Shown piece by piece: positions 49,407-63,144 of a stretch of 64,000 nucleotides of DNA. The notes beneath the pieces are model-generated. The model saw nothing but the letters and a program-made list of their open reading frames with translations. It was not told the origin of the DNA and searched no databases. Location of the stretch: the NCBI GenBank assembly GCA_003344405.1, contig NOWV01000181.1:74001-138000 (forward strand), read 5' to 3'. Each line of letters starts with the position of its first letter. The first letter of the stretch is position 1. This stretch comes from Trichoplax sp. H2 (taxonomy: Eukaryota). The position numbers and the translations under genes are program-made.

Positions 49407-52400
49407 ATGAATGGATTAATTGATGAAGCAAAAAAGAATCGTTTCTCAACCATTCCTGATCTTTCCACCAATGGTAAGTATAAGATCATAAAATGTGATG
49501 ATGCTATGGTCGATTGCTTTAACACCAGAGAAAAACTGATCATAATAATCATAAGCAAGTTTCAAATTGATACGGTGATCTATTGATAAGCTATACCCTG
49601 TACATTTGAACTTTAAGATTTGATAATTTGTTCTCTTTCATTTTATCAGATGTCCTTGATATTTGGGACAATATTTCGAGATTTGTCGAACAGCAAATGC
49701 TGTTGCAAAAGGTGTGCTACTCTATATCACTGCATTTATTGACAAAGGATTAGTAACTTTCAAAACTTGCTACATTAGCGGAAATAAATGTAAAAGGCTA
49801 TTTGAATGTCATATTGACAGCATATTTATATTGATTAGGGTGTTTCCATACCTGGCTTGGGGACATTTACTTTCTCTCAAAAGAAACTCGATATGGGTGG
49901 CAATAAATATATTCTATTCCAACGTCCTATATTTACGATATCCGAAAAATTCGCCCAAAGCCACGGCATAGCCTTTACTAAAACTTATACCCCAGGTAAG
50001 CTATAACATAGATATATGTACAATATCAAGATGATGTAAAGTGATTCAAATATGGCATGTACAAGAACTCGCAGTAGCATTTCTAAAAATTGATAGAAAT
50101 TAATTTAACTGCAATAAAGTCTATCAAGTAATCATAACAACCTAAACGGAGTGATTAGAGAACGATTGTACGATGATAATCAGGCGCCATTATCAATCAA
50201 CAATACACTTTAGTGATTTTGTGTTGCAAGTGATAGGGTGGAAAATATCGACGAAGTTAATGCTTTTCCCTGCTGTTGTACAAATTTTAATTAAATTAGT
50301 TCATTGCAGTGAATATATAATTCTTGTAGATCGATCATTATTTTTCTTTTAATCATCGGTAACTTTTCGATTAACTATTTATTGGGTATTGTTGTATTAA
50401 CATTTCCACAGTATAGCAGAAAAAGCACTCATTTCTATTTCTATTTACATATACATATATAAAATTTAAACGAGAAAATGTTGTACCGTAATTAAAATGA
50501 GTTAAGCTGCTAGTAAACTTTAATTTTCTTTAAACGAAATTGACAGCTTACTGCAAGCTTTGCGCCAATAAGTAATATTTAATGGAAAGTAAATTGTGAT
50601 TATGCCAATGGGGTCTAACGGTAGTTGCAGTTAAGTTAGATTCAACTAGTCTTTCCAATGGTAGGTACATGTTACTTCATAGCAAGGATGTTTCTGATCG
50701 GTTTTTACCTATTATAAAAAATAGGTGAGATCCCGGTCATATCTTTAAATCTATCGTATTTATCCAATGAGAGTCCATTTAACCGTGATACTATCGAGGC
50801 TTGCGTAAAAGAGGTCCTTATGGCTCTGTCAAAGTCGGTTCGAGCAAATCGTAACATAGAGTTTACATTTACGGGCGTCGGTAGACTATGCATTCGTAGC
50901 AAAAAGGTCAAAATGAAGTTTTTCAAAGAGTTTATTAATTGTATGGACGGCTCTGGTCATCTGGCTCAAGCCTTGAGCAATGTAAGATATTTATAATAAA
51001 ATAAGTTCAAAACATGTGACTGGTTCATGCTAATAACTAATCAACGTTATCCACAAAACAGAGACCTTTTACCGCTGATTCAGTCATTTCACCCACTAAA
51101 CGCCCTGGAACTGGGAATACAGTTATTTTACCCAGGTACTACTCAGAACATAAACAAATCATTGGGATATAAATGGATATTTCATCAATTATGATACAAG
51201 CTGAAGTTAACCGTTTATTTCTTATTTCATTTGCTGTAAATTAGATTGAATACACCCGTAGATAAAGATGCCTTAGCTCCAGAAACTAGCCGACTAACTC
51301 CAATTTCCAGGCGTTCAGTTACTTCTTTAGGCCATGTAAGTGATGGTCGAAAAAGTATGCCAATTATCCAAGAAGACATGGAGGAATTTAAATTAAACGG
51401 TATTGGAGAGAGTACTTTAGGATGAGCCCTTCATTTTCTAGTTGATATCGTTTTTATCTGACAGCTTAATAACTTTAACTAGATGAGGAAAATTTAAAGC
51501 ACGATAATAAATCAAACGTTTTGAGGGAAAGCGAGATACACGGAAATTCTGATCAAAAATTGTCGTTTAAAAACAGTCCAGAAGAAATGATTGAAAATCA
51601 ATTATCACCTATTAAACGTGATACGCTTCTAACTCCGAATAATTCCAGAGCCCCTTCACGCCAGCAGTCATTATCGCCTAGAGAGCAGTTGAGTCCATCA
51701 AGACGCACTAGTAATGCAAGCAGGTTATCTGTAGAAAAACCTTCCGGAAGTCGTCCTCCTTCAACAGCTAGAACTCATGTTGATAATCAGAAACCATCTG
51801 AGGATTCAACTGGCAAGCTACAAACCGAGTTTGGAGAAAAGAATGCTGTTGCCGCAGGTAAGGTTTTGCTATGCCCCCATCATGGTCAAGCTGGACAAGA
51901 ATTATGTTATTTGTGTCACCAGCGGGAAGCAAAGAATGTTCAAATATCTTATGCTAAAGAGAAAGCTCAAATGGATAGAGATTATGATACAATCTTACAA
52001 AAATATCAACAACAACAAGATGCAGAACGTATTACTAAAGAATTGGTAAGCACTATTATGCTTTCGGCATAGTTTATTTCATAAAGAGCCCTCAATATCG
52101 ATTAGTTCACTGTACTATTTTTAGTCAATTAGTCATTTTCTTTTACCTTGTCGGCAAATTAGAAGATTCTATTTCACACTTAAGTTTCGATTGAGGCAGA
52201 CTTTAGTTTTCTTGATTGCTTTCCTGGTACATTGTGTATTATAGGCAAAAGACAAAGCCTATCGAGACTATATTAAGCAATTATCCGAATACAATTTGAA
52301 GGCAGCCGATGTGAAAAAAGTAAGGGTATAAGAAATTTAAAACGTTGCTAATTTAACTATCATTTTAAGGCAATTACAGTAGAACAAAAATTAAAGAATT

Positions 52401-54001
52401 TACCCTCTCCAAATAGAAAGCACTAAAGGAAAATGCCAGTGGTACTCCGGTAAGCCATTCCCCTAAATAAATCGTTAAATAAGTTCTTTACCTAAGTATT
52501 AGATTTATGAGATGATTTATAGAGTCTACTTCCTTTCCAAACAATTAGAAAATGATTTTGAATCGAGCAGTTACCCCGTTACCCTACGAGAAGCAAAAGC
52601 AGTATCATTCCATGCTAGATCAACAGGTGCCATAGTGTTGAAACAAAAACAAATTTGTTTACGAACATTAAAGTTAGTTTTTACCGTCCTGCTTTGCTAA
52701 TAGGTACAAGAAAAGCGTGAAAAAGGTAAAATATTAATGAAGGAGAAGGAATTTTTGGAAAAGCTGGAGCAGGCTCAACTGGCAGAAGAGTAAGATCTAC
52801 AGTTGCAGAAAGTTTACTGTTCTATGTTTATAGCCCAATGATCAGATCTAAATTTCTAATAACTGATTGTCATTAACGAATTTCGAGGAGAACGCTAATC
52901 ACTATGTTACGTTACTTTTCAATCCATATCAGCATAAAGCGAGAAGAAGAACACAAAGCAACTCAGCGCAAACAAAATTTAGAAAATTACGCAACTTGTT
53001 TGAAAACGCAGGTTACTAGCCATTTCATCCTAATTTAAAGTTGTGTAATTCCTTCCATAAATAATCTTAATAAAAATCCTTAGTATTTAAGTCCATTTTT
53101 TTATTAGCATAAAGATACCATAATATCTTCTCAATTTCTTTATCCATTGCTACTTGTATGATAATGTTTCGATTAAGTAACGTAAATTAACTTATCAAGG
53201 AAATTTGTACTATTAGAATCACAGCTAATAATACAAGACAGGTTGTATATTGTAATCTAAATTAACCAAATTTAGATAGTTTGAACTTTGTGACTAGTTT
53301 AAATGCATTCGTAAATCATAAACATTGTTATTTTCATCTAACGATATATTTTATCTGTGTAGATTCATGTTAGTAGTCACAGTAAAATACTTACGGGCAC
53401 ACAATTTAAAGTAATGCATTATTTTCTTGTTAGATGGCGAATAAGAACCCGGAGCTACCTGCAAATTATCCAAATTCGCTAACACCAGTGTTTGGAACAG
53501 ATGCAGAACGTTTAAATCTTGCTGCAAAAAGGCGAAGGCGCGCTCATGAAATTTACAAGGAGCAATTAGCTTCAATTGAACAAGCTAAAAGGGATAAGAT
53601 ATTGCAAAAATTGCAAAGAGAGAAGGAAGAAATGGACTCTATTCAGAAAGCTAAAGCTGAGTTAGTTACTTAATGCCACTAATGATACCCATAACTTTTC
53701 GATTTTACACAAATTATTCACAATTTTTTTATCTGGTAGTTTAAAAGAGGAGCTAGTTCACCGCTATATCCATTCGACTGAAGCTCGCGACAGACTCGAG
53801 AAAGAATGGCAACAGCAAGCTGCACATAAGAAAATAAACGATCGAGAAGCAACTCGAATTCCTAGCCCAGATGAATTACTACTAACACAATGTGATAAAT
53901 ACACACGATGTTTACAATGTCAACGAAAGCCGACCAATAATGGTAAATCCAATTTCTTCAAGGACACGGTTTTCATGTCGGGTACTCGATACATAGTATA
54001 G
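49407..54001 (+). CDS. CCDC81: Coiled-coil domain-containing protein 81 ortholog (N-terminal HU-CCDC81 domains), multi-exon
   Basis: Exons 49407-49473, 49650-49711, 49839-49995, 50725-50981 and later give DVLDIWDNISRFVEQQMLLQKGVSIPGLGTFTFSQKKLDMGGNKYILFQRPIF...GEIPVISLN...FNRDTIEACVKEVL...EFTFTGVGRL..KVKMKFFKEF..MDGSG. Also CPHHGQAGQELCYLCHQRE and C-terminal QCDKYTRCLQCQRKPTNNGKSNF...GTRYIV*. Confidence 0.93.
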
Positions 54002-54024
54002 AAATATAGAATAAATTTAATTGA

Positions 54025-57000
54025 ATTAAATCACATTTGAATGGTTATGATTGGTTGGATCAGAAAGAAGAAATTTTAAATTGCATTAGAATGAGAAAAA
54101 CCTGAATTTTGTATTTGTTATTGCAATCTTATTTATTATTCATTTATATTTTTAGAATAAAAACTTGTATACAGTACTTGTTATAACAAGCGCCAGTTTG
54201 ATATTATTTCCATTCAACAAAATTCATTTTCATAATAGGTGCATAGCTATAGAAAGAGGCTAGACTGTAAGGGCAATATTAAAACCTATCTGTACCGATG
54301 ATATTCTATTTTTTTAAGGATTTGATGAATTTTTGTAATGGACAATTTAATAAACCTTTGATACTGTGTTAGAAAAGAGTTTTGGTAGATAAATAAAAGA
54401 AGTATCGATACAGAATTGATAGAAAGGTGTAGAGAGTAAGTAAGAGCTTTAGAAAAATGTAAATTTTATTGTCGTTATTATTTAATTCAATGTTCTAACT
54501 TTAACCTGCAATGTCAGAAAATATAAAACATAACAAGAATGACTGCAGATAAATACTTCATGATCATATTTAGATGGTGTATGATTTTATGAAATGGCTG
54601 TTTTCGAATAATTCCTATATAATGCAAGGTTTTGTACTGTATAGTCAATGCTCTTAATTTTAGATTGTCCGCTATCACGAATAACTAATAAATATAAACA
54701 GATAGTCCTAATCAATAAACCTGATTATGTAATTTAAAATTTAACATTACGTCTCTTCAGAACAGTTACTCTTGATAAAATTGCCACAGAGCAACTTTCG
54801 TGATCGATCCCAAATTCGTCTATCTACTCTATTTGATCTCTGGTTAAACTCCGAGGATCCTTGACAAAAGCTAACTTATTCTAGTACTACTGTTACAAGC
54901 GTATTGATAGAAATTTAGGTTAAGGATTTTATTTATTTATGGCTAGTTAGTATACGCCAGTACCAGCGTATTATAAGTTACTCTCAGTGTAACTGAGGAT
55001 TACGTAAGTAATAATTAAAATTTTATATAATTTCCCCATATTGAACACGGCTGCCTTAATAGTAGCCTCTTACAGTATAGTTATATGATAGTATGCCTTA
55101 TATATGGGGCTATTACAGTCTAGAGCACCAAATTAAAAATAATTGTCGCTAATGAATATTAATTAGCAATGACGTATTGTTGTCCAGTCATCAAACACCA
55201 CGAGATCCCCCTTTATTCTATACAAACCATACTGTAAAATTTAAAAAAATACCAATAGATATATAATAATCCAACCCAAGGGCGTTATTAATAGTATTTA
55301 TTAATTACTATTTGGGGAAAATGTCTACTGCATAACAGTCCTCAATAATCATAATATTTTTAATTACCCAGTTAAGATTTACTATCAGCCAACAAAGACA
55401 GTAACAACAGCAACCGAGCCAGTTAAAATATGCTACTTTCTATAAAAAAGTCAAATTAATTATGGATAAAATAAATCAAAATTCAAAAGTTTTCTTTATC
55501 ATTGTTATAGAAATATTGAATAAAACTGACTTGTAGTAAGACATGTTATCTTACTATAAATGATCTATGTTATTGAGTACAGGAATAAATAGATCAGAAT
55601 ATCAAATAGCATTATGTTAATGCGCTATTAAAAAGACATAAAATTAGTCACTATTATTACAAATCAATTGAACATCAATATTATCGTGATAATATAGCCT
55701 AATGTATTTTAATATAAATTAAAAGTCAAGTCAATAAAATTGGTAGGCTGTCAATAAAGCTTGGATATATCCGTGAAATCTTTTGATGCATTTGGTCATT
55801 CCACATCACGCAACCCTTAACTATGAATCGGAAATGGAGTTTTCCTTTTTTGAAAGTTTGATTTTAGATTATAATTAGAGCAACAAACTTCATTTCTAGT
55901 CTAAAAGCATAGCCCAGACTAGGTGTAAAATATTCAATACTCGCAAGCCTAACTACGGGAAGGAATATAAAAACTCTACGCCTTGAATTTTCAAATGATC
56001 TTAAATGATTATTATATCTAGGCTATCCATGATCAATCACCTTGCTGATTTTTAAAATTCAAGTCAATAGAATCCCGATATTTTCGGCGATATTCTTAAC
56101 ATTGAGGAACTAAATATGGTGTGGCACTATGGTACTTGGCAGTCACATTAGGTATATTTAATCATATTGGATAAATTAAGCGATAAAATAATGATATAAT
56201 GATAGCCAATTTATTTGCAAAATGACCATAAAAATTCTCATTGGTCTTCTTGGATAATATGGATATAAAGGTTGGTCAAGTTATGAAATTCTTTGACCTG
56301 CGTGATAATTTACGGCCTTATAACAAATGAAATTAAGAAAATAAATCAAAGCGCAAATTCATCTGTGTTAATTCTACAAAGATCTAGCCTTGCTATATTG
56401 TCAAAGCCGGTATATTTATCGTAGCTGAGTGTTCAATAATATTTGGCAGATTACAGTAGAACTGGGCAGATTTACAGAAATTAATATAGTTGAGTTTACT
56501 TCAAATTCATGTCAATGATGATTCACGGTAGAATCATAGTTAATCAGTTTATTAGATTAGATTCTTAATTGGTAATCGTTACAAGTTGCCAGCTAGACTG
56601 GATGTTGTACTTAACAAAACCTAGGCATTATCTAACCAACCAGCAGTTTCTACGGTTGATTTACGAGTATTTGCAGATTCTAATACATTCTCAAGTAACC
56701 CTACTATTAAAATTGAAATTTCCATTTCTAAATTCACTTTTATACTCCAGACTTAGTTTTCCAGCACTTGTGCAGCTCATAAATACATCTAACCCAATCG
56801 GCAGTGTAGAAATATCCAAAGTTTTATGCTTACTGTATTAATTTTCAATTTACTAGTATAATTTAGGGCGTTGCGTTAGTGAGGAATCTGTAATATGCAA
56901 ATATTGTAAATTTGCTGTAATATGGTAGCATGTGCTATATGTTACAAATTTGCGATATGTAGTATAAAAGTATGTGATTACTAGAAATAAAAGAGAGTTT

Positions 57001-58215
57001 TTTCGTGGTCAAACAAAAATTGTACTCGTTAATCTTGGTCTTACTCCAGCAATAGAAGAGCCTCGTGCCTAGTCCGCCCATATAAACTAGCAGATAACAT
57101 AGTACAGTACATTAGTATTTCAGTTGTATAGAAATACAGAATAAAATTGAACTGAGTTAAATCCTATTCTGAGTAGATGTGATTAAATTAAATCACATTT
57201 GAATGGGTATGACTGGTTTATCCAGAAAGAAGAAATTTCAAATTTTATCGTAATGAAAAAATTTGAATTGGATATTAATTATTGCAATTTTATTTATCGC
57301 TCATTTATATTTTTAGAATGAAAATTTGGATACAGTACTCTACTTTTAATAACAAACGCTAATTTGATCTTGTCCACAATCAACAAAATTGGCTTTTATA
57401 ATCAAATAGAGTTATTTTAGAAAAATGCTACACAAGTAAAGCAACATAAAATCCTATCTGCACCGATTATTTTTTTATAGCTTTGCAGAATTAATGGACA
57501 CTTTAATATGCCTTTGGTACTGTATTACAAAGAGTGTTGGTAGGGAAAGTATGGTATCGATACAGAGTTCACTTAAGGTAAATACAGAGTAAATAAGAAT
57601 TAAAAAAAACATAGCTTTTGTTGTAATTATTCACTTCAATGTTCTAACTTTAATTTACAATGCAAGAAAATATAATAACCTAACAATAATGACTGCAGAT
57701 GAAATACTTTATAATCAATCATATTTAGATGGATTATGATTAAATGAAATGATTATTTACGAAATATTCCGATATAGAGCAAGGTTTTGTACTGTAAGGT
57801 CAACGCTCTTAATATCGGATTATCAATCATCATAACTCATAGTAGTAAATTGATGGTCCAGGATTAATAAACATGGTTATTCAATTTAAAATTTGACGTA
57901 ATATCTTTTCAACAGTAACTCTTACTAAAGTCAGCTCTCGAGTTGAAATATTCTACTTTCTATAATTAAACCAATTCAGATTAATGCCGATAAAATAATT
58001 TAAATTAGATGCTTTCGATTATCTTTTTTGATATATTGGATAAAAACTGACTTGCTATAAGATATATTATCTTACTAGAAGACCATCAATGTTATTAATA
58101 AGGTATAAATAGAGAAGGTATTTCCAGTAATATTCTGTTAATGCACTATTAAAAAGGCACGAAATCAATCTTTGTTATTATAAATCAATTCAGTATCAAT
58201 ATTATCATGATAATG
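54025..58215. repeat. Diverged ~1-kb segmental duplication (54025-54775 plus 55420-55695 vs 57187-58215); partial third copy ~60075-60180
   Basis: attaaatcacatttgaatgg.tatga.tggtt..atc?cagaaagaagaaattt, ttcaatgttctaactttaa, aatgactgcagat and aaaactgacttg..taaga shared. Copy 1 has ~640 bp extra (~54780-55420). Confidence 0.85.
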
Positions 58216-58534
58216 TGATTGATCTGAATAGGAATATATAAAGTATTATTCCTGCTATTCTTGCCAGAAGTCTATTGTTTTCTTCGACAGTAAATGCTAA
58301 TGACCCATTACGTCGAACAAGATGATAATAGACGCCAATTTGTGCTTAGCTCCGTAATCTCCATATGCCAACTTATCCATTTCTTGTTGATTGTATCAGC
58401 AATAAAAAATCGATAGGTAAATGCTAGAGATTTCATTAAAACAACACTTCAAAGCGATAAATCACAATAACCATTAGAATCTAAGTATAGAGAAATTTAC
58501 GAATTTATGGTACTAATGCTTTAGTTTGGCCATA

Positions 58535-59371
58535 ATGTCACAAGATTCTAACTTTGAAATTGTAACAGCTACTATCAATCAAATGAAATGGATCATTTCT
58601 ATGGCTAAAGATGAAGGATGGAATCCCGGAGAAGATGATTTTGTATTTCAGTTAGCGGATCCCACTGGTTATTTTATTGGGCTATTAAATGGAGAACCAA
58701 TTTGTTGTATATCTGCGACAAAATACAACATTCAAGCAGAAATGGGGTACTATGTTGTTAAAAAAGAACACCGTGGTTTAGGCTATGGTAGGGCTATCAT
58801 GCAACATAGCTTGAAATACTTGAAAGGCTATAATATTTTAATTTATGCCTTACAACATAAAATTGGTACGTATGAAACTATAGGGTTTAAAAAACATGAG
58901 GCGATGATACGATATGCAGGAATTATAGCGAAAAAAGAGGTTATTAGTGATAATATTTATTCAGCTAGAGACATTCCTCTGGACAAAATTGTAGAATATG
59001 ATGCACGTTATTTCGCAGAAGAAAGGAAAAAGTTCTTAAGTGCGTGGTTAATGATTGGAACAGCAAACAGTTTCGTATATAAAATAGGAGATAACATTCG
59101 AGGTTTGGGGGCAATACGAAAAGCTCAAGATGGCTATCGTATAGGACCTCTATATGCGGAAACACCGGATATCGCAATAACTTTATTTCATCGTCTTTGT
59201 CAAGACTACGAAAACTGTAAAATCACCGTTGAATGTCCTGCATCCAACGCCGATGCCAAAGAATTGGTGAAGAAGTTCAAGCTGGACAAAGTCTTTCAAG
59301 GTTCAACTATGTATTCGGGAGAGCTGCCTAAAGTTAATTTAAATCACATTTATGGCGTTATAACTCATTAA
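58535..59371 (+). CDS. Intronless two-domain GNAT N-acetyltransferase (GNAT plus YitH-like C-terminal GNAT)
   Basis: ORF of ~278 aa from ATG 58535 with EGWNPG..D....DP.GYFIGLLNGE.I.CISA, acetyl-CoA motif V..EHRGLGYG, and C-terminal YD..YF...R..FL..W ... G.G.IR....GYRIGPLYA. Confidence 0.92.
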   Translation: MSQDSNFEIVTATINQMKWIISMAKDEGWNPGEDDFVFQLADPTGYFIGLLNGEPICCISATKYNIQAEMGYYVVKKEHRGLGYGRAIMQHSLKYLKGYNILIYALQHKIGTYETIGFKKHEAMIRYAGIIAKKEVISDNIYSARDIPLDKIVEYDARYFAEERKKFLSAWLMIGTANSFVYKIGDNIRGLGAIRKAQDGYRIGPLYAETPDIAITLFHRLCQDYENCKITVECPASNADAKELVKKFKLDKVFQGSTMYSGELPKVNLNHIYGVITH

Positions 59372-60199
59372 AGTCTACTAGTGTCGCTTATTTTGTTTGC
59401 AAAAATGTAAAAATATTTCTAGTTATAGCTTTCTATGCCTTCTTAATTCTAGTTAACACTGTACCCAATGGATGTAATACTTCATCTACATGATAAATAA
59501 AGGTTTCAGAATCTTTTTCGATTAGATTTGATTTCATGATATAAGTGTTTTCAAATGGTTCCAACCAGTAACGATATTGACTATGTGAATATAGTCAATA
59601 CTGTTGCTATCGGATTGTGAAGCTATTTTGGATAATTTTATTACCGATAATATCTATCAGTGGGTGATTGATGATTCAGTAAATACGATTGTTTCATTCA
59701 AATTTGTTTTACACCTTCATTTTTGATATAAGGACTGAAAACTTACTTTTCAATGTATCAATTCAAATCACGGAGACTAGTCACACGTTTTTTTCTAACA
59801 ACTAGATCGTGCGTAAGTATTCTTGCTATTTTTTAATGCTCATCGTCTTCCATTTTAGTGTCTATACTAAAATTCAACTGAATTGGAGCTACGTATTACT
59901 TGAGTGCAATGCAATATTTCTGTCGTTCTTAACCATTATATCTGTAGTGAGGCTGTTAGGCAAACTGTTGTTGTCAATTTGTTAAGTAGAATAACTCAGA
60001 TATAGCTTAAAAACGATACTAAAATCTAAGGCTGTTGACTATAATAGGCATATATAAGTAATGTTGGTGATAAATCAAGTAGGACTTGCTATGAGATATT
60101 GTATCTTACTACAGGACGAGTCATGTGATTAAGTATAGGAAAATACAGATCAGATATATCAAGTAATATTATGTTAATGAGTTATCCAACAGAAACTCT

Positions 60200-60340
60200 G
60201 GATTGCTCTAAGAATTGAATCCTGGAGTAGACGATATTATAGTTTAGCTACCAGATTCTACAGGCTATTTTATTGGGCTATTAAAATAGAGAACCAGTTT
60301 ATTGTATATTTTGAAAAATTACAGTTTTCAAGCAAAATGG
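60200..60340 (+). pseudogene. Decayed fragment of the GNAT acetyltransferase gene
   Basis: gaatcctggagtagacgat...acaggctattttattgggctattaaaatagagaacca...ttcaagcaaaatgg aligns with 58621-58745 of the intact gene. Contains stops and indels. Confidence 0.85.
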
Positions 60341-61889
60341 AAGGATGCATATTCCACGTAACGAAATACATTTAAAGAAAATTCACAGTTAGATTCACTT
60401 GCTACATACGCTTCTTTGATATAATAAAGGCATATCATAAATTTTGTGAAAATTGCATATTAACGGCTAGAACTGCGATTACAATACTGAACAGAGAGTG
60501 TACATTGATCAGTAATAAAACACAATTTAGTATCAATATAATATCCTTGTAACACAACCTGTTCTACAAACTGTAATTAAAGTGTAGTTCACACAAGTAA
60601 TTTTAGAATAGCAGATTTTATTACTGGTTCTCTATCGATTGAAATACTGTGTAGATAATAGTACAACAAGCTCAGACAGACAAGGAAAACTTTCTACAAC
60701 AGCAGATCTTAGAAAAGAAGGACTAAGAACAACAATGACAGAAAAGTGTAGCTGCTTGTATATGTTATCTAACTTGTTTATAACATGATAATTGCGAAAA
60801 ACATTAATTCAACACTTACAGAACTTAGTATAAGAATAAAATTATATGATTATGTTCTACGAAGCTGAAATCAACATACTTGCATTATCACAAACATTAC
60901 TTATATATATACCTATTATTGTTAACAACCCTAGATTTTGGTATTATTTTATGTCTAATTCACTTCTACGTAACATGTTGACAACAATAGCTTGTCTAAC
61001 AGCTTCTCTGCAATCCTGTGCTAGTTTTAGCCATTAATGCGAGCAAAACTGAATAATAAATTATTGTAAATGTCATCGGCAAGATGGTAGATAATGAGCT
61101 AATCTAAATTAACAAGGACCTTACGCCAAACTTCTTTTACAAGTCCATTAGTTCTCCAGCGATATGTATCAAACTACAAGATCTTTCAAGTTAACCAAAT
61201 ACTTTAAATATACGCTTATATGAAATCATGAATCAAATTCAATTACATCGGTTTCATTTAAACAGCGGCAATCGGTAGTATACGTATTGATAAAGTAACG
61301 TGTTGCCGCCGATGATAGCAACGGATTTAGCATTTTGTTGAGTAGGGAGAATGTTACCATGCGGCTGAGCATAGACTAGTCGGGGCAACTTGAAGAAGGC
61401 TGAACGTGTATGATCGATGCTTTTCAAAATAAGAAAACAAGTTACTCTAGTTTCTTGCAAACTTTATTACATCAATCTCACAATGTAATAAGATACATGT
61501 GGAATTATTCTCGTACATTATTGCACTCTTAATCTTAGCTACAGTATATCTGTAACATAAGTCGACAAGGCGATATTAATAACGCTAGTCGTCGTATACT
61601 GTTTCTTAAGATAAGTGGTACAATAATATACATGATAGACGTAGAATAGAGCTACAATGCGAAAAATCAAGCCATAAAATACCGCAACAAAACAAGTGAA
61701 ATTTTGTAGAATCTATCCATTTTTGAGGAATTAATTGGTATTGATGGCGTCAGACAAATTTTATTTCAGTGTAATAGCCTAGTTAGGTAATATTGCACGA
61801 GATACAATTTTGGATGCATGGAGCTGTGGAAAAGTTATTTTGAGTTATGACCTTCAATGGCCGAATAACACGTAGCGTTTTATAGTACT

Positions 61890-63112
61890 GATTTCAAATT
61901 TTTAAAATCAGTAAAGCGATCCATCATTTGTAGCCTAGATATATCATAACCCCATTGTTGATTTTGAAAGTCCATAATAGCACCTATTCATCTCTAGTAT
62001 AATCGCATAGTCATCTAAAATCGCACGAGATGTCTAATCTCGGCATTACTGTGGAATAGGCAGCTTGAGCTAGTACCAGCAATCAGCGATCGAATGAAAG
62101 AGTTGGATGACATTGACTCGAACATTCAAAATTAGCAAAGCGTTTCATCATTTATGGCCTAGAGGTGTTATAATCCCTTTGCTGATTTTGAAAGCTCAAT
62201 TCTATAATAGCACGTATTGATCTCTAGTGTAATTGCATAGTCATGTAATACCATATGAGCACCTATTAATTTGTAGCATAATCTCATAGTGATGTAGTAT
62301 CCTACGAAATAAAATACTGTCTAATCTTGGCATTCCTTAGGAATAGGCAGCTTGAGCTAGTACCAGCAATCAATGATCGATTGAATGAGTTGGATGATAT
62401 TGACTCTAACTTTCAAAATCAGCAAAGTCATTCATCATTTATAACTTAAAGATGTTCTAACCCCTTTGCTGATTTTGAAAGCTCAATTGCATAATAGCTG
62501 GTATTGGTCTCGAGTGTAATCGCATAGTCATGTCCTGTAATAGTATAGGAGATAAAATACTGTCTAATCTGTGCATTACTGTGGAATGGTTAGCTTGAGC
62601 TAGTACCAGCATTCAGCGATCAACTGAAAGAGTTGGATGATATATATTGACTCTAACGTTGAAAATCAGTAATTTATATATTATATATCAGTATATAAGG
62701 CATTACCAGCAATCAGCGATCATCTGAAAGAGTTGGATGATATTGACTGTAACTTTTAAAATCAGCATAGCCCACAGATGTTTTAACCCCTTTTACTGAT
62801 TTTGGAAGCTCAATTGCTTAATAGCTCGTATTGATCTAGATCTAGTGTAATCGCATAGTTTTATACTACCATCAGAGATAAAATACTGTCTAATCTCGGC
62901 GTTACTGTGGCATAGGCAGCTTAAGCTAGTACCAGCATTGAACAATCAACTGAAAGAGTTGGATGATGTTGATTCTAGCGTTCAAAATCAGTAATTTCTA
63001 TATTATATCTGCGTATATATATATATAGATATATATCATATAGAGAGAGATATAAATAGATATGTATATTACATATAATATATTATTATTATATATGAGT
63101 ATATACATATAC

Positions 63113-63144
<32 letters not shown>

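Noticed and set aside
56030-56450. Possible GPCR TM7 remnant (NSLTCVIIYGL)
   Set aside because: One short motif amid stops; insufficient
11518-59177. Short ORFs antisense or out of frame to real genes (e.g. 11518-11721, 15404-15631, 27753-28016, 38120-38317, 44030-44284, 49663-49971, 50705-50926, 51777-52049, 58965-59177)
   Set aside because: Shadows of the coding exons described above, with no independent motifs
60950-61460. Minus-strand exon-like pieces and a 68-aa ORF
   Set aside because: No recognisable domain or consistent gene model
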